Of a DNA stretch of 64,000 nt, positions 34,880 through 48,500 are shown one piece after another (position 1 is the stretch's first letter; every line of letters begins with the position of its first letter). Both the position numbers and the translations under genes were made by a program. The notes below the pieces were generated by a model, which did not search any database, had not been told where the DNA came from, and saw nothing but the letters and a program-made list of their open reading frames with translations. The stretch lies in assembly GCA_043228905.1 (NCBI GenBank), contig JBHGNT010000003.1, positions 2,976,001 to 3,040,000 on the forward strand. The letters are read 5' to 3'. This DNA is from Azolla caroliniana (Eukaryota; Plantae; Polypodiophyta).

Positions 34880-37800
34880 TGTCGTGAAGTTCCGCGGGTA
34901 CGTGTAAGATCTGAGGCGGGACCGCAAAGGTCTTGGACTAGGAAGTAGAGGAGTAGGAGTAAGACACGAAATAGGAACTTAGCTCAAGAGGAGAAGAGGA
35001 GGAATAGCACATAAGCATAGACAAAGTAGATGGAAGCAAGATATTCAACAAGTTATATTAAAATAGACGAATGATTACATCAATGGTGGCCGCATAGGCC
35101 GCACCAAACGAAATAAGAAAACCCTAACCCTAAATCAAAATGGGAAGAAGAAGAAGACTAGCACTCCATGGTATACCTCACTCACACTCAAAAATAGGCA
35201 ACCCCTCAAACGTGACCCCTCACTCCCTTTTATAGATGAAAGGGGTGAGGCACAATACAAGACTGGTCAAACCCCCCCTTCTCCTTTTTCAAGGAGAATA
35301 TTTGATCTTGATCTTGAGACCATTAGCCATAACTCCCACTCCCCTTGCCGTCCCTAGTCTACAAGTGCACTTCGACTTTATGCCTTTGCGAATTTCGTGG
35401 TGCACCTTTGGCACCTTAGATTATTCCCCTTTTCTCACATTTTTCTATCTTATCCTTATTACACAAATATACAAGTGCATGTGCACACGTTGCACACCAC
35501 CGATTTGCCCATTCTATCCCGGTTTCACCCCGTGGCCGGAAATCTTCACGATATCCGCCCCCACCAAACCGCACATCCACCGGTATGCGCCAAGAGGGAA
35601 AATGTGCAAGATTCCGGCAACGGTGATCAATCGGGTCCTCCGTTGTCCCGGCATTCAACCGCCTTGCCGGCTTCTTCCAACCATGATCCGTCAGCTCCAT
35701 CCTATCCACCATATCCGCCGCACATGCCTTCTTCTTCGATCGGTCCTCCTGAACACCGTTGCTGATCCGGTCTCCCTTCCTTTGCTCGTCGTGCACGTCC
35801 TACGGATAGACCCCCGATTACTTTGATTGCTCACCGGATGCTGTTCCTTGCCTACCTTGTGTGTTCCATCTTCGGCTCGACCGTCTCCTCGTCCTGAGCA
35901 CCTCCACGTGCTGACTCTCTCTGCTCTGCGCTTGCCTTCCGTGGGCTCTTCCCGCACGTCGACGTTGCCCTCCGAATACGCGCTCGCTCTTTGGTCCTTC
36001 CGTGACCCCATTACGCGCTCCCCGCTTTTCCCTGACCCTCTCACGGTAGAGCGTACCTCCATCCCGACATCTGTGCCTGTGTACCCCACTTCGGCGTCCT
36101 TTGCGGTTACCGCTTCGTCTCGACTCGTCGCGTGGCTCGACCGATCCGCCGTCGCCGGTCCACCCCCACCAAACTGCGCATCCACCGAAGAGGCACGGAT
36201 ACTGGAGAAAACCGGCTTATGCTCCCTCGCCGCCCCCAAACCGATTGTCGTCGCTATCACTCCCCAGCTTTGGCTTGCCTTCGTACCGCTTCTTGAACTC
36301 TTTGATCCGCTTGCCGGCTATCGGCACCGCTAATCGTGTCCCGTCGAGCTCCGCGAGGTGATACATGCCATTGTCGTTCGCGCTCGTCACCGTGTAGGGC
36401 CCGAACCATCTCCTCGCGAATTTGTGGGTCGCCTTGTGCTGGTTGTCGAGGCTGCTGTCGTAAACTAGTACCCAGTCGCCCTCCTCGATCTTCCTCGGCC
36501 GCAGTCGGTGAGTTCGGTCGAATCGTCCTTTGTTCTTTACCCTCGCCGCTCGTAGCTTCTCCGCGGCTTGTTCCACGTCCTCCGGTCTTCGCTCGAGCTG
36601 CCGAATTCGCGCCGCCAACAACTCCTCCGACTCATCTCGTCTTTCCAGTCCACCGCGGCCCATGAGGAGATTGTCCGCTCCATTGGCATGATCGGCTTCT
36701 GCCCATACATTAGCTCTAGAAACCATACCAAGAATCGGCAGGCAGTCCGTCTCAATTATCACCTCTGCCCCGATCAGGTAGTCTTTGTCGGCCTTGACCG
36801 CCGAAACGATACCTCAGAGTTCGCGTTTGACCTGGGCGTATCCTCGTTGTCGCTCGCTCAATACCTTCGCCCCGAACCGGATCGGGAACTGTACGCCTTC
36901 CTTATCCTCCTAACTGATCACCCACCCGATCCCAGTCAGGCTCGTGTCCACCATCACGTAGATGGGGACTCCCTTGCCGTAAACCGCTTTTCGGAGAGCC
37001 GGTGCCGCAGCAAGTGCCTCCTTCAGTCTCCGGACCGACTCTGTGTGTTCCGTCCTCCACTCGAACCCTCACCCTTTCTTCAGTAGCCCGTATAGCGGTC
37101 CCGCAACATGTGCGTAGTGCGGAATCCAGATGTGGTAAAATGCACATGCACCCAAGAACCTGCGGACCTCCGTAACCGACCCGCAATCGTCCCTCATCAC
37201 AGAGATGGCTTCTACCTTTGCCGGGGACAATTTTTGGCCATAGGGCCCGCACAGGTGCCCGACTACCAGGATCTTTGTCTGCCCGAACGCTGATTTCTCT
37301 CCGGAGAAGGTGAGTCACGCGCACTCGAGCCTCTGCAGCAGCTTCTCGCAGTCATTGATGTGGTTCATGACGAACCTCCGACATCCGTCCAGCCCAACCG
37401 TTTTGTCTGCATCCTCCACCGGACACCCCTTTATCGGTACGTTGTCTAGGAACGACATAGTGATATCCGGGATGCAGTCCCTCAGTACCTTGTTCATTGC
37501 GTTCATCATGTGCGCCACTAAGTTCGTTCCTCCTTGTAGTAGGGTACACATCCGCACCAACCCGAGAGGAGTCCGCATTGTCGTGATATCCCTTCTCTCT
37601 ACAGCTAGTTGGAACTGGTCGTATCCCGAGTATAAGTCTCCGACCGAATAGATCGACCTTCCGACGAAGGCCTCCGTGAACTCGTCTATGGACGGTCCGA
37701 TTCCTGCGTTACAGATGGTCACCTTGTTGACCGGTTGCAGCTCCTGTATGAAGCGCAATGCCCCGTTCTTCTTTGGCACCGTGAACCACCGATTCTAGTA

Positions 37801-40800
37801 CGGAGCACTCGACGACTCGAGGATGCCCATCTCCACGTTCTGCTTCAGTAGCTCCATCAACTTCGGGATGTGAGCTCTGGGCACCGGAATCGGTTTGAGA
37901 CTCCAAGGCACATGCGGTACCGTGAAGATCACCATTGGCTCGACGATTACCGGGTCTATGCACCCGATTTCCTCTGGCGAGAATGCGAAGGCTCTTCCTG
38001 CCTTCCGAGCATCCTCCGAAACCGGTCCTCCTCCGCCGGTAGTGGAAAGCCACCCCCACCAACCTTGAGCTTCCGTAGCGTTATGTCGGTGAACCTGTGT
38101 CCTATGCCGGCTGGATTTCGTAAGCTTGGGTCCGACGCGACCCCCTTTATCCGCTCTTCGCTGCCCTCCGACAAAGGTGCCGCGACTGGCCTCACCTTCC
38201 GGTCCACAGTTTTGTACTTTGTGTCTACGCGGGCCGTCCAATCCGGCCCGATCCTTTCCCTGAAGTCCGCAACGACTTCGTACATCTCCATCGAGCTAAC
38301 CGGAACGGTCCGGTCTTCGCTAAGGTCTTCACCGACCACCTTTCGTAATTCGCCCAAGGTGTCGTCAAAAGAGACCGCCTCCACGACGCCACTGATCTCT
38401 TCATCTGGGGCGAGGACCCCGCACGCCCTGATTCGCTCTTCCGCCCGCTTCCTTTCCCGGCCACCGACGCCGGTTATAGTACATCCTCCGTTTTCGGAGA
38501 ACCATAATTTTCTACCTATTATACATGTGTGGGGTTCTTCCGGTATGGCTGGACTACCGCGACCCCACGCCTGGATAGCCCTCTCTAAAAATCCCCTCGG
38601 CTGTCGCCGCCGAGGGTCTCACGGTTCCTCTCATGGTTTGGTCGCACGGTCATGAATTGGACGGAGTGCCGTCCGTCTTGGCTTTTGACACATGCGTACG
38701 CCGAACCGTTGTCCAGCACCTTCGTTTCCATGCGTGCTGCCGTAATGTATGGTTCGTCGAGAATTACCAGGTGCGAGGACGTTTCCTGCACGAAGAAGTG
38801 TTGGTCTATCTCAATGTCGCTGATCTTAACGCGTACGTTCGGGCACGCACCATGCAGCTCTTCTGTAGCGCGCGTCGCCGCGCGTATCTTCCACCCGTGC
38901 TTCGTATTGATCGGCCATTTTCCCTTTTTATAGAAGTCCATGGACATCAAGTTGATCTCCGAACTGTGGTCTACTAATGCCACCACCGGCTCCTGGACGT
39001 CGCCGATCCGGACAGGGGTTTCCGTAGTCGCCCTAGCCCAATGCGGCTTCGCGTAGTGGCTTTCCGCCAACTCGTCTTCTAGGGCTAGCTCTTCTAAGTG
39101 CGTCGTCCTTACCTCCATTGGCCTCTCCGGTTCCGGTTCTGTTGACAACCGTTTTCGCTTCACCAAGTCTACGATGGAGTCGTGAAACTCCCTCTTGGCC
39201 ATCCCCAGCACCTCCCGCAACGACAGCTCCACCTTGCTGTCGAGGATTCTCTCCTCTAGGACCTTTCGTAGGTCCGTCGTTCGCTCTATTTCGGCGCCTA
39301 TCCAGAATCCGGCTTGCTTTTTCTTCTCTGGCGCGCCGGTGTTGGCGGCTTCATTCGGTTTCGGTCCAAACCAGGTCTCATACCGTTGCGAGGGCCCCCC
39401 CCCCTCCGGTTTTTCCCGCGCGCTTGTCTTCTACCAGAACCTCATAGTTCTGGCATGTGGCTGCCAGGAAGCCAATCTTTTCTTCCACCGGATCATCCCA
39501 CCCGGTGGCCTCCCGGATCCGCTATCCCACGCGGTCCACCTCTTCCTTTCCTAGCCTTACTCCGGAGAGACCCTCTAGCACTAGTGGCCAGAATCGGGAG
39601 TCTGCCGCTTTCTGGGCCTCATCACCCCCGACCCTGATTCCCGCCAACACCGACTAGTTAACAGCCTCCGTATGCCGTGTTGCGGCCTCTTCCATCAACC
39701 ACCTCATTCCGTTCGTATTCAATTCAAGGGCTTTTTGGGTCTCGCTCGCGTGCACCTGCCTGTTCCAGAGGTACACCACGTTGGTCCTGAGTGCCTCGGT
39801 AAAATCTGTGCATTCTCTCCGGATGTGACCGACCGTGTCACACCACATGCACCGTTGTCCCGCCAGCGACCTCCGGTCGCGAGGTTGTTCACCGCTATCC
39901 CTCCGGGCCTACGCGATCTGCAGGTCACGCACCATTTGTGTCAGCTCCTCCAGAGCCGCCCCCCCCATATGGGCCTTTAACCACCCTGCTTGAGGCCGAC
40001 CCCGTCTTCAGCCAGCTTTGGGTCTCCTCCTTCCCAACCGACCCTGATATCGGCTATTCAAGCTTCCTTGCCGGGACCGGCCTTGACGCCGACGGGCCTT
40101 TGTTGCTCCACTCGCGCAGCTTGTCGAAGCGGCCACAAACCCTCCTTACCATGGCCCAGTCCGCCGTGAGCCCTTCATCTGTCTCCAATAGGAGACCCAC
40201 CTTCTCCCGATCTAGGGCGTCCACTACCTTGACGAAAAGCAGTACTCGACTCGGGTCGAGCACGGTCCGATCCAGCGTCGATAGCCGTGCAAACCGTTTT
40301 TCAAATTCCTGGAGGAGCGATGACGTATTCCTCCCCTTTCCGAGGCTTTCCACCCATGCCATAAAGTCCCGCCTCGACAGCCGAAGCGAGTCGTCGGACC
40401 CGTACTTCTCGAGGAACCGCAATTCGAACTCCTCCCAAGTCTGGCATCCGGCCAGCATGTCAAGCACCTCTGTGTGGATGCTCGGCGTCACCACCCGAGG
40501 GAATCCAGACAGCCGCCTATCCACTAGGATATCCCTCATGATCATTTCGGCCCGGTAAGCTTCCAAGTAGCTCATGGCATCCTTTCCACCGAATCGTCCT
40601 ATGGTACCTACGATCGACTCAATGGCCCTGTCAAGGGCACCCGTTCCCTCGTGAGCGTTCACTAGCCGGTCGACGGCTACCGCCATTGCTTCAGCAAGCT
40701 CGGATCCCCTCATCTTTCAACTCCCTTGCCGCCTCTTTCACATTGGGTTCACCAACGATGTCGCGAAGTTCCGCGGGTACGTGTAAGATCCGAGGCGGGA

Positions 40801-41432
40801 CCGCAAAGGTCTTGGACTAGGAAGTAGAGGAGTAGGAGTAAGACACGAAATAGGAACTTAGCTCAAGAGGAGAAGAGGAGGAATAGCACATAAGCATAGA
40901 CAAAGTAGATGGAAGCAAGATATTCAACAAGTTATATTAAAATAGACGAATGATTACAACAATGGTGGCCGCATAGGCCGCACCAAACGAAATAAGAAAA
41001 CCCTAACCCTAAATCGAAATGGGAAGAAGAAGAAGACTAGCACTCCGTGGTATACCTCACTCACACTCAAAAATAGGCAACCCCTCAAATATGACCCCTC
41101 ACTCCCTTTTATAGATGAAAGGGGTGAGGCACAATACAAGACTGGTCAAACCCCCCCTTCTCCTTTTTCAAGGAGAATATTTGATCTCGATCTTGAGACC
41201 GTTAGCCATAACTCCCACTCCCCTTGCCGTCCCTAGTCTACAAGTGCACATCAACTTTATGCCTCTGCACATTCTGTGGTGCACCTTTGGCACCTTAGAT
41301 TATTCCCCTTTTCTCACATTTTTCTATCTTATCCTTATTACACAAATATACAAGTGCATGTGCACACGTTGCACACCACCGATTTGCCCATTCTATCCCG
41401 ATTTCACCCCATGGCCGGAAATCTTCATGATA
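34880..41432 (-). mobile_element. Structurally complete Ty3/gypsy LTR retrotransposon (non-chromovirus-like), inactivated
   Basis: 674-bp LTRs at 34880-35553 and 40759-41432 (~19 differences by eye), 4-bp TSD ACGG, PBS 40737-40754 complementary to tRNA-Trp, PPT ~35554-35570. Gag 40054-40713, protease LVDHSSEINL (38585-39232), RT (37315-37779), RNase H, integrase C-terminus GPY (36217-36762); integrase core deleted. Confidence 0.93.
40737..40754 (-). promoter_or_regulatory. Primer-binding site, tRNA-Trp
   Basis: TGGTGAACCCAATGTGAA versus TGGTGAACCCGACGTGAA (complement of the plant tRNA-Trp 3' end, from memory); the two differences are CpG-type transitions. Confidence 0.8.
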
Positions 41433-44390
41433 ACGGTTTTGTAGAGGTGCCAAAACACTTTGTGTGTGTCTTTTTTCTATGTTGTCTTCTTCTTTGTGTT
41501 GTTCATCCTTTTCTCTGCAGGAAAACAAGTTGTCCACTACTTCTTGCTTGTACAACAATGGTATCAAAGCAAAGGTCTTCGTGGAAGACCTCATCTATGG
41601 TTGGAGTATGTTTGTTTTCTCTATATTTGCCCCTCTATGCGTATGTTGTTTGCACAAACTCCTGAAATAGAGGTAATATCTGGTACTTGTTGCTGTTACA
41701 ACTCATTTTTCCCTCTTGTGTGAGCCAAATTTGCTTTGGAACACACCATTCAAGAGGTATTTTCCTTCTTTTTCAACCTAGAGAGAGTAGAAACAGTAAA
41801 CGAGTATTTACTAGTCTTTGGTTTTTTCAAAAGAGAGTATTTATAGTATACAAAAGAGAGGATTTGCATGTGGAAGTTGCGTTTTAGTCGCATTCTAGTT
41901 ACTTTTGGCTGAAATACGAGTGAGGTGTTGTTATTAGACGAACACACATAGTTCCTATTTTTTGGGGCCCTAATATAGTTACGTATACATACTTTTGAAC
42001 ACGGTGATAGTTGTACCTGAGACCAACTAGTGAGTAGCATCCAAACTATCATTAGGTGCTTAGAGTTGCAATCGACTAAGCTTACTTACCACTCAATGGT
42101 TTCTAAAATGTCTAAGGTTTCGAGTACCTCATGCGGTGGTTCCTTTAATGCTCATAGAAATCACTATTTGAGTGGAAAAGACCACCTTGAGATCTGTAAA
42201 TTTGATGGACCCAGCTTTGCCTTGTGGAAAAATTTGATGAAAGATGTTCTGATTCAAAGAAGGCAATTAAGGCCATTAGATGGCGAAGCCAAGAGACCTG
42301 AGGTCATGTCCAATGACGGTTGGGAAGAGCTTGGTCTCTTGGCAATGTCTACCATAAGATTGCACCTAGCTATTAATGTATACTTCACAGAGTTGGACTA
42401 TGACTTGGTCGAAACATTATGGACTAAATTATGTAGTACATACGAAAAAGAAACTGCATCGAATAAAGTTTATCTAATGAGAAAACTTTATGATCTTTGA
42501 ATGAAGGAAAATGATAATGTCGGCTCTCATTTGGATGATTTTGATGCAATATGGTCACAATTACAGGCTCTGAAATGACTATGAATGATGAGCTAAAATG
42601 TGTATTTTTGTTATGCACTTTGCCTAGCTCATGGGACACATTTTGCACCGTTGTTAGCAATTATAGTGCACCAAATGGGAAACTGGTCTATAATGACATA
42701 TGTGGAACACTATTGAGTGAAGAAATTCGTAGGAAAACAATGATTGCATCACATAATGGAGATGCATATAACGTGTATGAGTTTGATTCTCCCAAGAACC
42801 AACACCATGGTAGGAGCCAAACGAGAAATAATAGTGGAAATGATAGAGGTAGATGCAAATCTAGGAAGAAAAACATGGAGTGTCATTATTGCCATAAAAA
42901 GGGACACCTCAAGAAAGATTGTTATGCCCTAAAAAATAAGGAAAAAGATAATGCTAAATTCAAAGGTGATGGGCATGGAAGAATCTAGTGGTTCCTCTTC
43001 CTCTGTAGAAATAGAGGAAGTAAACGCAACATGTGATGAGAGGGACATCTTGGTCTTAGATAAAGTAAGCACACATGTTGGGGTGAATATGGTTTTTTCT
43101 CCATCCCATACATGGTTGTTGGACTCCATTGTGTCGTCTCCTCCTTGGGGAAACACCTTCGATCACTCCCCTGAGTAATCGGGTCAAGTAATCGTGGTTG
43201 CGTAGGGGACTTAATATAGGGTTGAGTAGGGCTAAACAGTTACACGATAGATGGTCAAAACTGATTTGCACTTATGACTTATAAATAATAGAATTGAAAG
43301 CAAAGATTAAGATGGAATAGGCATTGAGATGACCCAACAGTGTTTGTATTGATTACTAAATATATAAATGATTACTAGGGATAATACATGCCAATTATAA
43401 ATCGGTGACACTCTCTCTTGATACGGCACAAATCTCCCTTGTCCTCCCCATCCCCTCTTCAACGATTTATATATATATATTGCTTCAACTACTTCCTCCT
43501 GATTCTTAGCCTTTATTTCGGGCTGCTTGTATTCCGTTTTACCTTCCTTGGCTGCCAGTGCTCAGGTTGATTCTCCTTTTCATACTTGATCTACTCGTCT
43601 ACCTTTTCAAGATTCGTTTCACACCTCGTGCATTTTGTCCCACAGATAACACCTAGTACGCCTATGGGACGGTGCCTTGCGCGCCGAACCCAAAAAACAA
43701 AATCGTCCCAAAAATTGAAATCGAGAAATTGAAAATATTGTTTATTGAAAAAAATTCTATTATACACTCAGTCTTCCTCCAAAATTTCCGTGACACTCTC
43801 CATCTGCTCTGGCTCGTCCGGTTTGAGCTTGTCTGTCAATGTTTCCCCTTGGGTTACCAATTCCGGAATGGCTTCTTGGGCATTGTCTAGTTGTGGGACC
43901 TTCTCTTGCTTTGGCTCATCTCCGACCGGTAATCCGAGTTGTTGTTGTGCAACCTCCATCGTTGCTTCTAGAGTGATCTCTTCCTGATTTGTCTCATGAC
44001 CTGGTCAGCCCGTGGGTCGATCGGTTGATCCAAGTGCATTCCATCTTCAATTTTTGGTTCTTGTGTTGTACCTTCGGGTAGCACTATGCCTGATGTTTGT
44101 CTCGTGACTTCGTCTTCCTTCTCAAATCGGAACCCCCCATGTTCATATCCTTCTGTTTCGATCATGAGCAGTAGTTGATCATCGTTAAACTCCTCTAGGG
44201 GGTTTCCGATAGCCGTGGTGTGTGTTCGGGCCAATGCTTGGAATTCCTCGATGAGGTCTTCGTGAAGAATTTGAATGTTATTCTCGTCCATCTTGTAAAA
44301 TCAATGGCCGGAAGGCCTGCAATTCGGTTGCTTGAACCAACTATTCTTTCCATCCACGAGCTAATGCCTCTTCGACCTTCTGATTCAACT

Positions 44391-44847
44391 TTGTTCGGTG
44401 CTTTGCCACCAGTGCCTTGACTCATTTTTTGCCCATTTCGTATTTGGCCTATAAACTGTCTAGTGTTTCTTGGGTAGCCATGGTATCACGCTCGAGCTTG
44501 GCTTTCACGATTGTGAACGACGCGGTGACCTCGGAGTGCTTTTGCTCTATCAACTCTGTATGCTGGTCATAGCATCGCAGGAGCTGATCTGAATTCTCGG
44601 CTAACTCCTACTTATATTGTTCGGTGCTTTTCCACCAGTGCCTTGACTCATTTTTTGCCCATTTCGTATTTGGCCCGTAAACTGTCTAGTGCTTCTTGGG
44701 TAGTCACGGTGTCACGCTCGAGCTTAGCTTTCACGATTGCAAACGATGCGGTGACCTCGGAGTGCTTTTGCTCTATCAACTCCGTATGCTGGTCATAGCA
44801 TTGCAGGAGCTGATCCGAATTCTCGGCTAACTCTTGCTTATATTGTT
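44391..44847. repeat. 226-bp tandem duplication
   Basis: 44391-44616 is repeated at 44617-44842, with TTGTT microhomology at the junctions. Confidence 0.92.
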
Positions 44848-45108
44848 TTCTCTCCCATTCCTAATCTTATGTTGTGGAGATCGTTAACTGGTAGAGGAAC
44901 TCCGATAATGTATATTTTCTTGCACTGCCTCTTCCAACATTTGAAGCGGTCGACTGGAGCGTAGCTAAAGTTCCGTATGTGCTTTCTGCAGAGTGAGGAA
45001 TTCGTCTATTTTTATACTATACTCCCTTCGGTAACCTTCCTCCATTTGTGCTAATTTTGATGTTGGGAGATTGTTAGCAGCCATAAGTGCAATTGTGGCA
45101 TTTCTTTC

Positions 45109-45535
45109 TGTTGGGATTTCAGTCCCTCCGGATGGGATGTTCGGAACCAAACCGGCAAGACACGAAGAGCGCCGGATGAGGAGTACCCGGCAAGCGTCGG
45201 ATGAGGAGTACCCGGCAAGCGCCGGATGAGGAGTACCCGGCAAAGCGCCGGATGAGGAGTACCCGGTATTGCCAGATGACGAAGGCCCGGTGAGCAGTGC
45301 TCACCGGATGAAGGGACATATTTGTAAATATGTTCTTGAGAGCCCTTTGGGGCTACATTTGTAAATAGCCTGAAAGTCATATTAGTATAAATATGACGTA
45401 GGGCAAACTTTATGTGGTGCTGCTCATTAGTGTTGCAAGAGAGTCGTTGCTCATTGCAACTGTGTACAGAGAGAGTCAATGTCAGAGGAAGAGGTCGTTG
45501 CCTCTGTTGTAGCCGTCGCAAGGCGAAGAGAGAGA

Positions 45536-45570
<35 letters not shown>

Positions 45571-48500
45571 CGAGGTCGTTGCCTCCGAGTCTCCATTTTC
45601 TTGTAGTTCCTTACATATACTGATAGTTAGCAGTTGTGGGCTGCCGTGGTTTTCTCCTTATTTGGGTTTCCACGTTAACATCCTGAGTCACCTCTGTGTA
45701 TCTTCGTTTTTCCCATTTTTCTGTCTCTGTTTTTTGTTTGAGGTTGTGTCTGGGACTCGGTTGTGGCCGAGTGTCGTTTCCACGCAAGATTTGCGCAACA
45801 AGTGGTATCAGAGCGATGGACACAGAAAATGGAAGGAGGCAGCAATAGCTTTCAGGGTATGATGGTGCTGAACTCGCACAACTACGCCGACTGGAAGATA
45901 AAGATGGAGGACCTCCTCATAGTGAAGGACCTGTACGAACCGATCGACAGAGACGAGATACCCAAGGGAGTGGTGGAGTCGGAATGGAAACTCCTCAACA
46001 GAAAGGCCGTGGCCACCATCCGGCAATGCGTCGATGTAAGTGTCCTTCAGCACGTAGCGAATGACACGAATGCCTACGAGATGTGGCAGAAGCTTTCGGG
46101 ACTCTATGAGAGGAAGAATGCGCTGAACCGGACCTCGCTGATGAGGAAAATCGTAAACCTCAAGTACCGGGACGGCGAGAGCATGGTCGAACACGTCAGC
46201 ACGTTCATGGGGTTTGTAAACCAACTTGCGGCTATCAAGTTCCCCCTAGATGACACCATGCAAGCAATAATGCTGATGTGCACCTTGCCGGAGAGCTGGG
46301 AGAACTTGGTGGTTACTCTCAGCACCTCCTATCAAGAAGAAAACTTGTCTTTACAAACAGTAAAGGCAAGCATTCTAAATGAAGAAGCGCGTCGGAGGGA
46401 CAAGGATCCGATCCCCGACTCAAAGGCGATGCTTACCGAATCGGGACGGGGAAGACAATAGAACCGGAGTTCCCAGAACCGGGAAAAGTCGAGAACTTGG
46501 TCAAAGTCACGCGGAAGGCCCACGTGCTTCCACTGCGGGAAGCCGGGGCACTTCCGGAAGAACTGTCGGCATTACCGAAATGAAACCGGCAGTACCGATT
46601 CGAAGGAGAAGTCACCGGAGCGAAACGGTGCTTACCGGGGGCCTACGGACCGGAACGGTTCAGATCGGCGAGGGCAAGACCGAAGAGAAATGATGGCACT
46701 CGCGGCAAGTGAAGAGGAGATGATGCTCATCACCGAAGAGAGTGAGCTGAACCTTGCCGGCGAAGAGACGACCTGGGTGGTCGATTCTGGAGCGTCGTTC
46801 CATCTGACCCGGGAGAGGAAATACTTCTCATCATACATAGCCGGTGAGCATGGTTGTGTGCGGATGGGAAATGAAGGTACATGCCGGATCATCGGCATAG
46901 GAGATGTATGGGTGACGACTTCGATCGGATGCAAAATGTTGCTGAAAGACGTCAGACACGTTCCGGAGGTTCGATTGAATCTCATATCGGCTGGCAAGCT
47001 AGACGATGAAGGCTACACAGGTAGCATCCAGAACGGTGCAATAAAGTTCAGCAAGGGAAGCTTGATAGTGGCGCGTGCCCGGAAGGTCAACACCTTGTAC
47101 CTGATGAATGCTCGGCTATGTCCGGAGGAATTGAACGTGGCAGCTGACATTGCCGGTGAGCTGTGGCACAAGAGGTTATGCCACATGAGTGTGAAGGGGA
47201 TGAAGAGGCTTGCCGACGATGGCCTGATCCCGGTAAAGCACGTACACTTGGAGAAGTGTACCGACTGTCTGGCCGGTAAGCAGAACCAGACCTCCTTCCA
47301 CTCAAGGCCACCGATGAGACGTAGTGCACCACTGGAGCTGGTGCTACCGACGTGTGTCAAGTAGATGCGAAGTCACATGGTGGAGCCCAGTACTTCGTGA
47401 CATTCATCGACGACCACAGCCGGAAGCTGTGGGCCACACCACTGAAGACGAAGGATCAGGTGTTGTCCGTCTTCAAGGAACTCCATGCGAGAGTGGAAAG
47501 AGAGTCCGATAGGAAGCTGAAGTCAATACGAGCGGACAACGGGGGCGAGTACCGGGGGCAGTTCGAGGAATATTGCTGCTCGAAGGGAATCCGGCTCGAG
47601 TTTACCGTGCTGAAGACGCGGAAACTGAACGGGTTGGCCGAGAGGATGAACCGGACCGTAACGGAGAGGGTCCAGAGTATGTTGGCTCATGCGCAAGGCA
47701 TTCTGGGCTGACCCAATGTCGACGGCGACATACGTGATAAACAGATCACCCTCAACCCTTGGACGGAGACACGCCTCAAAGAGTCTGGACCGGTAAGGAA
47801 ATGTCCTACCGGCATCTGAAGGTGTTCAGGTGTCTCGCATACATGCATGTAGCTAAGGACCAGAGAGGAAAGTTAGATGCATATTCCTCGGTTACGGAGA
47901 CGACGAGTTCGACTACCGAGTGTGGGACCTGGTCGACAAGAAGGTGTGCCGGAGTCGAGATGTTATCTTCATGGAGGACAAGACACTCGCTGACTGGGAG
48001 TCGGAGAAGAAGATAACAGACTCCGAGTCGACTGGTAAGGATCGAGTCTACGATCTACGGACCCGACCAGCAAGAGGCCGGTTAGCACTCAATGAACCGG
48101 CCAGTGACGGTGAGCAAGCAGAACCGGTCGAGGAAGAAGAAGATGATACCGGTACCGGCCAGGACCCCAAAACGGATTCGGATGAAGAGCAAATGGATGA
48201 GCCAGTAACCGAAGTTCGAGAACGGAGATATCCCCTCCGAGAGAGAAGGGCCCCCCGGAGATTTCCGGATCCAGAGCATGTGTTGCTAACCGACGAGGGG
48301 GAGCCGGAAAGCTTCGAGGAAGCTAAGGAAGACACCCATAGCCGCAAGTGGTTGAGTGCCATGCAAGACGAGATGAATTCCCTGCATGAGAACCACACGT
48401 ATGAACTTGTGGAGTTGCCGAAGGGAAAGTGTGCACTCCGGAACAAGTGGGTGTATAAAGTGAAACCAGGAGACGTCGGCAACCCCCCAAGATACAAAGC

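Larger units (their letters stand above)
34403..43129 (+). mobile_element. Ty1/copia 5' part (5' LTR interrupted by a gypsy insertion; PBS; gag up to the protease motif)
   Basis: LTR end CAACA at 41557 and PBS TGGTATCAAAGC at 41559-41570. Gag KFDGPSFALWK (42030-42500), LP.SWD and zinc knuckle CHYCHKKGHLKKDC (42551-42988), then WLLDS at ~43113 where it is cut. LTR start is tentative. Confidence 0.75.

Noticed and set aside
35236-35826. Duplicated ORF MKGVRHNTRL... (also 41115-41444)
   Set aside because: It is simply the LTR present twice; no recognisable protein.
37870-40558. Long plus-strand ORFs opposite gypsy gag-pol (and similar ones opposite copia, e.g. 48048-48623, 56315-57067)
   Set aside because: Antisense shadows of GC-rich coding sequence.
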